Below, piece after piece: positions 28,152 to 36,091 of a stretch of 42,374 nt of DNA. Source of the DNA: Bacteroidota bacterium (GTDB lineage: Bacteria > Bacteroidota > Bacteroidia > Bacteroidales > JAIPAH01); the NCBI GenBank assembly GCA_051747665.1, contig JBNJGK010000006.1:1-42374 (forward strand), in the 5' to 3' direction. Position 1 is the stretch's first letter. The number at the start of each line of letters is the position of its first letter. Below the pieces are notes generated by a model that saw only the letters and a list, made by a program, of their open reading frames with translations, was not told the origin of the DNA and searched no databases. A program made the translations under genes and the position numbers.

Positions 28152-29402
28152 ATGAAAAATTATTTATTTCTTTTACAGATTTTTGCATTGTTTTTTTTGC
28201 CAGTTTACGCTTTGAGCCAGGTACAGCTTGAGTTGCCCAAAGGGTTTAAGGCTACGTTGTTTGCTGAAGACTTGGGCCCCGGACGTCATTTGGCTGTGAA
28301 TGAAAACGGAGATGTTTATCTCCAGTTGCGGAAAAACACATCCAAAGGCTCTACTGTTGCACTCCGCGATGATGATGGAGATGGCAAAGCTGATGAAATC
28401 AGTTATTTTGGGGATTTACCGGGGACAGGTATCGAGGTTTATCAAGGATATCTCTACACCAGCACCGACACTTCAGTACAGCGATACAGGTTTAAGGACG
28501 GTGACCTGCTGCCGTATTTAGATGCTGAAAAAATTGTGGGTGGCTTTGCCGCCGAATCTCAACATGCTGCAAAACCCTTCACTTTTGATAACAACGGAAA
28601 TATGTATGTAAACATAGGAGCGCCTTCTAATGCATGCATGGAAGACATGCGTACTAAAGGTTCGCCCGGAATGGACCCTTGTCCGCTATTGGATTGGTAT
28701 GGCGGAATATGGCAGTTTGATGCTGAAAAGGCCGGGCAGGACTTAAAAAAAGACGGAAAGAGGTTTGCAACGGGTATACGCCACGCTGTGGCATTAAATT
28801 TTAATTCAGATGCCAATAAGCTTTATGCAGTGCAACATGGTCGCGATCAGTTTTCGCAATTTTTCCCGGAATTGTTTTCTGATGAGGCTAATGCACAACT
28901 GCCGGCAGAAGAGTTTTTCCTCATCAATGAAGGAGATGATTTTGGATGGCCTTATTGTTACTATAATCAAATTAAGGAGCAAAAGATGCTGGCGCCTGAA
29001 TATGGTGGCGATCGGGAAAAGGTAGGTCGTTGTGCCGATAAAAAGGATCCCTTAATAGGTTTCCCCGGGCATTATGCACCTAATGACATTTTGTTTTATA
29101 ACAACGACCAGTTTCCGGAAAAGTATCATGGGGGAGCTTTTGTTGCTTTCCATGGTTCATGGAATCGGGCTCCGCTGGAGCAGGAAGGTTATAATGTAGT
29201 TTTTGTTCCCTTTAACGGAAAATTGCCTTCAGGAGATTGGGAGGTTTTTGCCGATGGCTTTGCGGGTGCAAGCTCAATAAAAAGCCCCTCAGATGCTAAG
29301 CACCGCCCTACCGGAATAGCTACAGGTCCTGAAGGGGCGCTTTACGTGGTGGATTCCCAAAAAGGAAACATCTGGAAAATAGAATACGAAGCCCAAAACT
29401 AA
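28152..29402 (+). CDS. PQQ-dependent sugar/sorbosone dehydrogenase family protein (GSDH beta-propeller), exported
   Basis: LPKGFKATLFA, RHLAV, DDDGDG, GAPSNAC, FATGIRH, QHGRD, PAEE, FGWPYCY, HYAP, AFHGSWNR, RPTG. Confidence 0.88.
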   Translation: MKNYLFLLQIFALFFLPVYALSQVQLELPKGFKATLFAEDLGPGRHLAVNENGDVYLQLRKNTSKGSTVALRDDDGDGKADEISYFGDLPGTGIEVYQGYLYTSTDTSVQRYRFKDGDLLPYLDAEKIVGGFAAESQHAAKPFTFDNNGNMYVNIGAPSNACMEDMRTKGSPGMDPCPLLDWYGGIWQFDAEKAGQDLKKDGKRFATGIRHAVALNFNSDANKLYAVQHGRDQFSQFFPELFSDEANAQLPAEEFFLINEGDDFGWPYCYYNQIKEQKMLAPEYGGDREKVGRCADKKDPLIGFPGHYAPNDILFYNNDQFPEKYHGGAFVAFHGSWNRAPLEQEGYNVVFVPFNGKLPSGDWEVFADGFAGASSIKSPSDAKHRPTGIATGPEGALYVVDSQKGNIWKIEYEAQN

Positions 29403-29434
29403 GATCAAAACAATAAAACAATAAAACAAAGATT

Positions 29435-29872
29435 ATGATGAATATTTTAAATGTGATTATAGCGATAACCCTTTTTATGGGTGCTGCGGAGAAGAATGAT
29501 ACAGGAATGGCCGTTGAGCCTGACAGAGAAAGAATGATGATGGCTGAAGAAAACGGAGAGTCTTTATATAAGCGCCATTGTATATCGTGTCATCAGGCAG
29601 ATGGAAGTGGCGTTCCTTCAATGTATCCTCCGCTGGAGGATAATGAGCGGGTACTTGGTGAGCCTGAACCGTTGATTAAGGTATTGCTGATGGGCGATAA
29701 AGCTCCTTTCTCTGTTGATGAAGACGAATACATGGGAGCGATGGCTTCTTATAAATACTTGTCGGATGAGAAAGTAGCAACTTTGTTAACGTATATCCGC
29801 CAGAATTTTAATAATGATGCCGGAGATATTACCCCGGCTCAGGTCAAAGAAGTTAGGTCAGAAATAGAATAA
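29435..29872 (+). CDS. Monoheme class I cytochrome c
   Basis: Signal peptide; GESLY..HCISCHQADG.G....YPPL; distal Met region YMGAMAS; LTYIRQNFNN. Confidence 0.92.
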   Translation: MMNILNVIIAITLFMGAAEKNDTGMAVEPDRERMMMAEENGESLYKRHCISCHQADGSGVPSMYPPLEDNERVLGEPEPLIKVLLMGDKAPFSVDEDEYMGAMASYKYLSDEKVATLLTYIRQNFNNDAGDITPAQVKEVRSEIE

Positions 29873-29877
29873 AAACT

Positions 29878-30486
29878 ATGACAAAGTTTTTTGAATTAAT
29901 TAAAGATGGTTATCAGGAGTTTAAAGAGCAATTTGCACGTAACATGCAGTTTTACAAGAAGTTGTCTTCTGAAGGACAAAATCCTTTTGTGCTCTATATT
30001 GGGTGTTCTGATTCGCGCGTGATACCCGAAAAGTTGTTAAACCTCTCTGAAGGTGATGTTTTTGTTATTCGTAATATTGCAAACGTGGTGCCACCAAAAG
30101 ACAGCAAAGATACAAGCGTGGCGGCGGCTTTGGAGTTTGCCGTTAAATCGCTTGGGATAGAACAGATCATTGTCTGCGGACATACAGATTGCGGCGGGAT
30201 GAAGGCTTTGAATAGTGGCTTGGATGATACTGATTTCGCAAATATCAATGATTGGCTGCAGTATGCTCATCCGGTTTTAAAAAAGGTTCCTGATGATCAA
30301 AACGACCGCGTTGATAATATGATTAAGCAAAATGTTTTGCTGCAAAAATCCAATTTGCTTTCGTATCCTTTTATCAAAGAACGGTATAACGGAGGAGCTT
30401 TGGAAATTCATCCGTGGCTTTACGATTTGGAAAAAGGCCATATTCTGACTTACACTTACTCTGCAAACCGGTGGGAGCCGATTTAG
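29878..30486 (+). CDS. Beta-class carbonic anhydrase
   Basis: GQNP, IGCSDSRV, FVIRNIAN, ALEFAV, CGHTDCGG zinc ligands. Confidence 0.93.
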   Translation: MTKFFELIKDGYQEFKEQFARNMQFYKKLSSEGQNPFVLYIGCSDSRVIPEKLLNLSEGDVFVIRNIANVVPPKDSKDTSVAAALEFAVKSLGIEQIIVCGHTDCGGMKALNSGLDDTDFANINDWLQYAHPVLKKVPDDQNDRVDNMIKQNVLLQKSNLLSYPFIKERYNGGALEIHPWLYDLEKGHILTYTYSANRWEPI

Positions 30487-30544
30487 ACTATGCTTCTTTT
30501 GTTGCAGAGTGTTTCATCGTACTAATCAAAAATTCAGGCAACAA

Positions 30545-30581
30545 AAAGGCCGGAAAAACATCAAATGCTTTTCCGGCCTTT
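30545..30581. terminator. Bidirectional intrinsic terminator between carbonic anhydrase and the RRM gene
   Basis: 13-bp perfect stem AAAGGCCGGAAAA / TTTTCCGGCCTTT with A/T tracts on both sides. Confidence 0.8.
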
Positions 30582-30594
30582 CTTTATAAGTAGC

Positions 30595-30622
30595 TTCAAA
30601 ACTTAACAAGTTAGGTTTTGAA
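30595..30622. repeat. Second near-perfect hairpin (REP-like)
   Basis: TTCAAAACTTAAC-AA-GTTAGGTTTTGAA, with one G-T pair. Confidence 0.45.
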
Positions 30623-30677
30623 TAGGTAGTTTTACCCTTCCCGATATTCGGTACTCATTGAAAATGATTAGGGGTAA

Positions 30678-30971
30678 TTAGCGCTGACGGAAATTGTTCC
30701 TGCGGTCACGTCCACCGCCACCGCCGCCGGTGCGCTCGCGTGCCTGGTTTACACGCATGTTTCTGCCTTTGAGTTCTGCATCGTTGAGTTCGCTGATAGC
30801 CTTATTGGCTTCATCTTCGTTTGCCATCTCAACAAATCCAAATCCTTTACTGCGACCTGTTTCGCGGTCGTTGATGATTTTTGCAGAAGATACTTCTCCG
30901 TACTCTTCAAAAATCTCTCTTAATTGATCTTCATTAATTTCATAATGAAGATTTCCAACGTAAATGTTCAT
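30678..30971 (-). CDS. Single-RRM RNA-binding protein with a Gly/Arg-rich tail
   Basis: RNP2 IYVGNL, RNP1 KGFGFVEM, GGGGGGRDRR tail; promoter element TATCTTTG at 31002-31009 (minus). Confidence 0.95.
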   Translation of the reverse strand: MNIYVGNLHYEINEDQLREIFEEYGEVSSAKIINDRETGRSKGFGFVEMANEDEANKAISELNDAELKGRNMRVNQARERTGGGGGGRDRRNNFRQR

Positions 30972-31083
30972 AAATCGTATAAATTAAAAATAAATGCGTT
31001 ACAAAGATATTATTTTAACAATACGCTCCGCAATAAAATACAGGAATTTACAAAAAAAAACATTTGAGGATACCTATAAAGGC

Positions 31084-32196
31084 TTAATCGAAATTTTCTT
31101 CTATCAATGCTTTTAAGAAATCTGCCCAGTCTATATCCGCATAGCTTGTTCCAAAACGCACGGCTACAATGTTTTTTTCCGGATAGACGTAAATATACTG
31201 ACCTTTTATGCCTTTCGCAAAATAGGCTCCATATCGGGTAACGCGCCATTGAAAAGAATAGGGGTAATCCTGCCAGTCGATGTTGCCTTCAGGATAATCT
31301 AGGGTTTGCTCAATCCAGCTTTCCGGCACAACCTGTTGGCCGTTCCACTCTCCATTGTTAAGATAAAGCCTGCCAAAACGTGCAAAATCCATTGCCTGTG
31401 CAGAAATACAACAAAAAGCCTTTACCGTTCCTCTTTTCTTTGAATCCATGCTCCATAACCCATAAGTCTCCATTTTCAAAGGCTTCCAGATTTTTTCCTG
31501 TAAATAGTCCTGAACAGGCATCCCGGTCGCACTTTCAATAACGGCGGCTAACAACTGGGTGTTTACGCTCAGGTATTCAAAGTATTCATCGGGCGGACTT
31601 TTGCGCTTGATTTGAGATAGATATTTTTTAAGGTTTGTGCCGTAATAATACTTTGCAACATCCCCGAAAGGATTGTAATAGCCTTCGTTGGCTTCTAATC
31701 CGGAGCGCATATTTAACAGGTGCCGGATGGTAATTTCTCCAAATACGTTCTCATCAAGATATTGCAAATAGTCGGTGATCGGGTCATCTATGCTTTTTAT
31801 CGCCCCTTCATCAACAGCAATCCCCGTAAGGGCTGAAACGAATGATTTTGCCACTGAAAACGAAGTTACATAAGTTGAGTCTGAATACTTGTTGTAATAC
31901 TCCTCTTTTAACACAGTATCATTAGCCACCAGGGCAAATGCTACTGTTTTGTTTTTCTGAAGAAACGCATCAAGCGAAACGTCGCCTGATTCAGCGTAGT
32001 TTTCCGGAATGATGAGTTTTTCTGGCTTGTAATGAAATACGGGTTCAAAATCCTTAGTGTTGATGGTGTCGTTATCAAACTTTTGATAATCATCAATGTT
32101 AGCCACATTCCAGTAGAAATAACGGGCTACATGGCAGCCTTGCAGAAACGGCAACACCAATAATAACACCCATGTCTTTGAGATAATTCGAACCAT
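31084..32196 (-). CDS. Serine hydrolase lipoprotein, beta-lactamase class C / NylB-like family
   Basis: Lipobox LQGC; SFSVAKS (SxxK), ITIRHLLNMRSGL, FEYLS, DFARFGRLYL, KGIKGQYIYV. Confidence 0.88.
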   Translation of the reverse strand: MVRIISKTWVLLLVLPFLQGCHVARYFYWNVANIDDYQKFDNDTINTKDFEPVFHYKPEKLIIPENYAESGDVSLDAFLQKNKTVAFALVANDTVLKEEYYNKYSDSTYVTSFSVAKSFVSALTGIAVDEGAIKSIDDPITDYLQYLDENVFGEITIRHLLNMRSGLEANEGYYNPFGDVAKYYYGTNLKKYLSQIKRKSPPDEYFEYLSVNTQLLAAVIESATGMPVQDYLQEKIWKPLKMETYGLWSMDSKKRGTVKAFCCISAQAMDFARFGRLYLNNGEWNGQQVVPESWIEQTLDYPEGNIDWQDYPYSFQWRVTRYGAYFAKGIKGQYIYVYPEKNIVAVRFGTSYADIDWADFLKALIEENFD

Positions 32197-32200
32197 TTAT

Positions 32201-32917
32201 TTACAAAATATCATTGTAATAATGAATTACCTTTATGAGGTCATTTTCACTTTTGGCAGAAAGGTTATTGCTCTTAAAATAATTTTTAATTTCATCTTGT
32301 TTGGAATTCAGTGCACTTATAACCTTTTTACGTCTTCGTTTAATTTCAAATGGCTCTTCTTCACCCAACTGCAGGTAATAGTCATTGTCGTGATAAAAGT
32401 ACGGGTTTCGATTGCCAGCATCCAGGGCAGCATTGTAATTGCTGGGCTTAAACATGCACTTGTGTTTGATTAATAAGCGTGCATGTCCGTCTTGCGTCAA
32501 TTGCTCGAAAACCTGTAGATTATTGTTTTCTTTAGCAAAGATGAATTTGCGCGAACCCATTTTTACATAATCTACTTTTTCAGTTTTTGTCATGCCATAA
32601 AGCTGCTCGTCGGATTTAATTTCAAATTGCTGGGCATAAACGTTATACCGCATTTTCAGATTTCTGGCAGGTTCATTCTTAAATTTAACTTTGATCTCGG
32701 CTGGTTTGAAATCTTCATCCATATAGGGAGTTCCGTCATATTTCTTCAGTTTTTCCTTGAAAGGATCTGATATGATGGTAAAGGAAGACCTGACTTTTCC
32801 CGATGAAATTATATCGGTGAAAACCGGAGCGTCACTTTCATAATCTGAATTTTCTTGTCCGTAGGTTATTGCTGTTGATATTAGCAAGCAAAACAATAAA
32901 ATAAATCGAATATACAT
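32201..32917 (-). CDS. Hypothetical exported protein
   Basis: Signal peptide; GTPYM, RYNVY motifs; 4 nt upstream of the serine hydrolase; promoter element TATATTTG at 32948-32955 (minus). Confidence 0.8.
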   Translation of the reverse strand: MYIRFILLFCLLISTAITYGQENSDYESDAPVFTDIISSGKVRSSFTIISDPFKEKLKKYDGTPYMDEDFKPAEIKVKFKNEPARNLKMRYNVYAQQFEIKSDEQLYGMTKTEKVDYVKMGSRKFIFAKENNNLQVFEQLTQDGHARLLIKHKCMFKPSNYNAALDAGNRNPYFYHDNDYYLQLGEEEPFEIKRRRKKVISALNSKQDEIKNYFKSNNLSAKSENDLIKVIHYYNDIL

Positions 32918-33355
32918 GGTTGTTAGGTTTTAATAGTTCTTAACCTCCAAATATAATCAATTATATATTTAAACTCTATTTTAAAAAGAAAATTTTGCGC
33001 TTTATAGGCAGACTTTTCAAAATACGGTTTATCACATGTAAAGATCATACGGAAACTTCCGGGCTGTTATGAAAGTTTATTTTTTTAAATTCATGGAGTG
33101 TTGAATATGAGGCGGATAGCAAGAATAATGTGCGTTTCTGTTTGTTTCTACTAAAAAAGTAATCAGTTATTTAACTCATGCATGAGTTTGACCTAAGAGC
33201 GCTCATTATTTTAAAATATTATATAATATATTGCTTATCTGAAAGTTATGAAATATTACATTGTATTTATGTAATTGATTATTAACTTACAAACCTGAAA
33301 ACATACCAACTTATTAAACTGGACTCATGTATTCAGATACAATGCTTAATACAAT

Positions 33356-35572
33356 TTATACCAGCAGGTTCGTCATTTCGTTTGTTATGGTATAGTCATA
33401 TTCCGGATATTCATAGATACTCATGCGTTTTTCTGTTTCTCCGATAGAGTATCCGAAAACGCTGATATACTCATTGATATCCTCACCCATTTTTTCAAGC
33501 TGTTTCAGCAACTCAACCATCGTTTTTGATTCAATGATATTTACTTTTCCCATTTTATTGATAATTGGACTATGGCGGCGTGTGTTATCATGCTCAAACT
33601 GCAGAATACGTCTGCCGTCATCGGTTATACCAATAACCCTGAAAGTAAGGCTTTTTCCTACACCTGGCATATTCAGCACACTTTTATCGCTGCTCAGAAA
33701 AGGGATGCCGGTTTCCTGCCGGAGCTGGTTAATGTTTTCAATCATCCGTTCTGCATGTTCTGGAAACGATTTTATATGTTCTTCTTTCTCAGCAGGAATG
33801 TGACCAATGAACTTTTCTTCGTGCTTTTCCTGAACCAAACGGGCATTGGTAGCAAAATTGTGCTTATTCTCTTTAAAACCTTTTACTGAAAATGTATAGT
33901 ACGTAAGCACTCCGATATCATTCAGCGTTTTTCTGAGTTTAGAGGCATGACCACGGCGCGATGATGCTGTGGTAAACACCATTTGATTTGTTACAATCCA
34001 TCCGGCGCTTAATAGCTTTTGAACTGCTGTTTTTACTTCCGGAGTGATCTCCATAGCCGATTGGAAATGCGTTTGAATCACAAACTGCTGGATTCCTATT
34101 TTTTCTGCTTTTTCTTTAAATGATCTCAGAATCTCAATTAGTTCATCCGTAACTCGCTGAGGAATATAAACCGGAAGGCGGGTTCCAAGGCGCACCCGTT
34201 TCATTTCAGCATATTTTTTGCCTTCCGGACGTTGCTCGTTGGCTGTGCGTTTGCGTTCAGCCATGCTATACACATCATCCAGAATTTTTTCCAGTGATTT
34301 ATTACCGCTCATCAATGCATCGCCTCCAGTAATGAGAATATCCCTGAGCTGAGAATCTTCTTCAAAATACTGCATCAGGCGCCGCAGTTTGTCCTTCCAT
34401 TTCTCTTTAGGCTTTAGCTTATCCAAATCAAAATTCAGATGTCCGCTTTGGAAGTCATACATGCGCTGACAAGAAATGCAGAGTCCGCCGCATGCTCTCC
34501 CAACTGTATCAGGAATTAGTATTGAAACTTCCGGGTAACGGCGGTGAATATTATGCTCCATCGGCAGAATCCATCCGGCGGCATTGGGTTCTCCGGGCCT
34601 CACAATGTCTTCTTTTTCCCAGGCCTGGATTTTTCCGAATTCTTCTACAAGCTCCTCAGAATAAAAAATGTAATCGCGGATGGGTATATCAGAATGGTCT
34701 TCCTGATCGATATCTATAAGCGATAAATAATATGGGTTTACAAAAAACGGTATGCCGGCTTCGCGTGCGCTGTTCATCACATTTAATATGTCTTCGTCCA
34801 GCGAGTTGTCCAGCATTTCATTAATGATTTCCGGATTGCGAAAAGCGAAAATCAAGTGGAATTTGCTGCTATTCCACCATTGCATTACTCTTTCCACTTT
34901 TTGCGAGCGCGACATGCCTTCATCAAAATAAAAAGCGGCCGACTTAAATGTGCCCTTGTCAATATTATCAATAATTTTTTGGATGATGCGCATTTTGTTT
35001 TTTTCTCGCTTGAGCGCGATTTTTTCATCCAAACCACTGGGGTGCTGATTCATCCACTGCTTTACTTTTCCCTCCTCTGGTTTATCCTGAATCAGGATAC
35101 CATTAAACTGACGCAACAAAGCGATGATGTCAAAATAGAAGTCACGCGTTGATAAAGTGGTTTTACCTGAATAATCTTTATAGAGCAAACCAAAAGGGTC
35201 GTTTAAAACTTCTTTTCCATTGTTATTCGGGTCGTTAAAAATTTCTCCTCGATGGGCAAGGTAATCAGCAATACGAATAGCAGCAATGTCATTCCAGGAA
35301 AGCGATAATAATGATGCTTCTCCTGAAACTTTATGATTCAAATAGTTTTTTGCTTTTGGTCGGTTATCCAAATAGGTATTAATCCAGTTTTGAAGTTTGG
35401 ACGCAAACTCATCTGCATTCTGGCTGGAAGCCAGCATCTTGTGTATGTCAGGGTTTTCTTGCAGAAAAAGGTGTAATAACTCAGTCTTATCATATCCCTC
35501 ATGATAATGAATGTGGTATGATAACCTGGTATATTTGTGTCTTAATGTGTGTATATTGTTATCCTGGAACAT
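33356..35572 (-). CDS. KamA-family radical SAM/PLP aminomutase-like protein (long form)
   Basis: HRRYPEV, CGGLCISCQR (CxxxCxxC), DILITGGDALM, RLGTRLPV..PQRVT, QTHF, NQMV, MPGVGK (candidate PLP Lys); promoter element TAATTTTG at 35628-35635 (minus). Confidence 0.85.
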   Translation of the reverse strand: MFQDNNIHTLRHKYTRLSYHIHYHEGYDKTELLHLFLQENPDIHKMLASSQNADEFASKLQNWINTYLDNRPKAKNYLNHKVSGEASLLSLSWNDIAAIRIADYLAHRGEIFNDPNNNGKEVLNDPFGLLYKDYSGKTTLSTRDFYFDIIALLRQFNGILIQDKPEEGKVKQWMNQHPSGLDEKIALKREKNKMRIIQKIIDNIDKGTFKSAAFYFDEGMSRSQKVERVMQWWNSSKFHLIFAFRNPEIINEMLDNSLDEDILNVMNSAREAGIPFFVNPYYLSLIDIDQEDHSDIPIRDYIFYSEELVEEFGKIQAWEKEDIVRPGEPNAAGWILPMEHNIHRRYPEVSILIPDTVGRACGGLCISCQRMYDFQSGHLNFDLDKLKPKEKWKDKLRRLMQYFEEDSQLRDILITGGDALMSGNKSLEKILDDVYSMAERKRTANEQRPEGKKYAEMKRVRLGTRLPVYIPQRVTDELIEILRSFKEKAEKIGIQQFVIQTHFQSAMEITPEVKTAVQKLLSAGWIVTNQMVFTTASSRRGHASKLRKTLNDIGVLTYYTFSVKGFKENKHNFATNARLVQEKHEEKFIGHIPAEKEEHIKSFPEHAERMIENINQLRQETGIPFLSSDKSVLNMPGVGKSLTFRVIGITDDGRRILQFEHDNTRRHSPIINKMGKVNIIESKTMVELLKQLEKMGEDINEYISVFGYSIGETEKRMSIYEYPEYDYTITNEMTNLLV

Positions 35573-35797
35573 AAAGCATTATTAATTAGCTAATTAACTA
35601 AAAATGAATTAGTTACATATTTCACTGCAAAATTACGAATAATATTTTAAAATTCAAAGCATTTATTTGATAAAAAATTAATAATCAGTGCATTAGAATT
35701 ATTGATGTTCTTTATTGAAACCAATAAACAACCATTCCTGTTGAAAAGTTTGGTAACAACCTATCTATAAAACTGGCTGCATATTTCCAAATCTTAT

Positions 35798-35805
35798 TAC
35801 TTTTG
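35798..35805 (+). promoter_or_regulatory. -7 promoter element of the btu operon
   Basis: TACTTTTG immediately upstream of the riboswitch. Confidence 0.7.
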
Positions 35806-35809
35806 CCAT

Positions 35810-35974
35810 GATAATTGGTTGCAATTAGGTTTGCATGAAAAGGGAACCGGGTGCGAATCCCGGACAGTTCCCGCTGCTGTGAACCGGAAATGTACCGGAA
35901 ATTATGCCACTGTCCGCCCTGCGGATGGGAAGGCTTCCGGCGACCCGGTAAGTCAGAAGACCTGCCATATTATC
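35810..35974 (+). promoter_or_regulatory. Cobalamin (B12) riboswitch
   Basis: AAAAGGGAACCGGGTGCGAATCCCGGACAGTTCCCGCTGCTGTGA core, GCCACTG...GGGAAGGC, B12 box AAGTCAGAAGACCTGCC; P1 GATAATTGG / CCATATTATC; upstream of a btuB-like operon. Confidence 0.95.
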
Positions 35975-36091
35975 GCTATTCTGAGCTTTCGGGATAAAAG
36001 CTAAGAGTAAATTATTGTTCCGATAATTTATTCCGTTATTTCTCCTGCGAGCTTAGGTTTTTCATAAATGTTAAATTAAAAACCTAAACTC

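Noticed and set aside
29407-29430. AAAACAAT x3 repeat before cytochrome c
   Set aside because: Low-complexity A-rich translation-initiation region, normal for Bacteroidota
31084-32196. Beta-lactam resistance gene
   Set aside because: SxxK fold is present but the motifs fit the broad esterase/amidase (NylB-like) group; no support for true AmpC activity
35582-35597. Perfect palindrome TTAATTAGCTAATTAA before the KamA-like gene
   Set aside because: Almost entirely A/T in an AT-rich tract; could be an operator but cannot be distinguished from chance
35819-36004. 61-aa ORF on +
   Set aside because: Lies entirely within the cobalamin riboswitch and its expression platform; TTG start; sequence is explained by RNA structure
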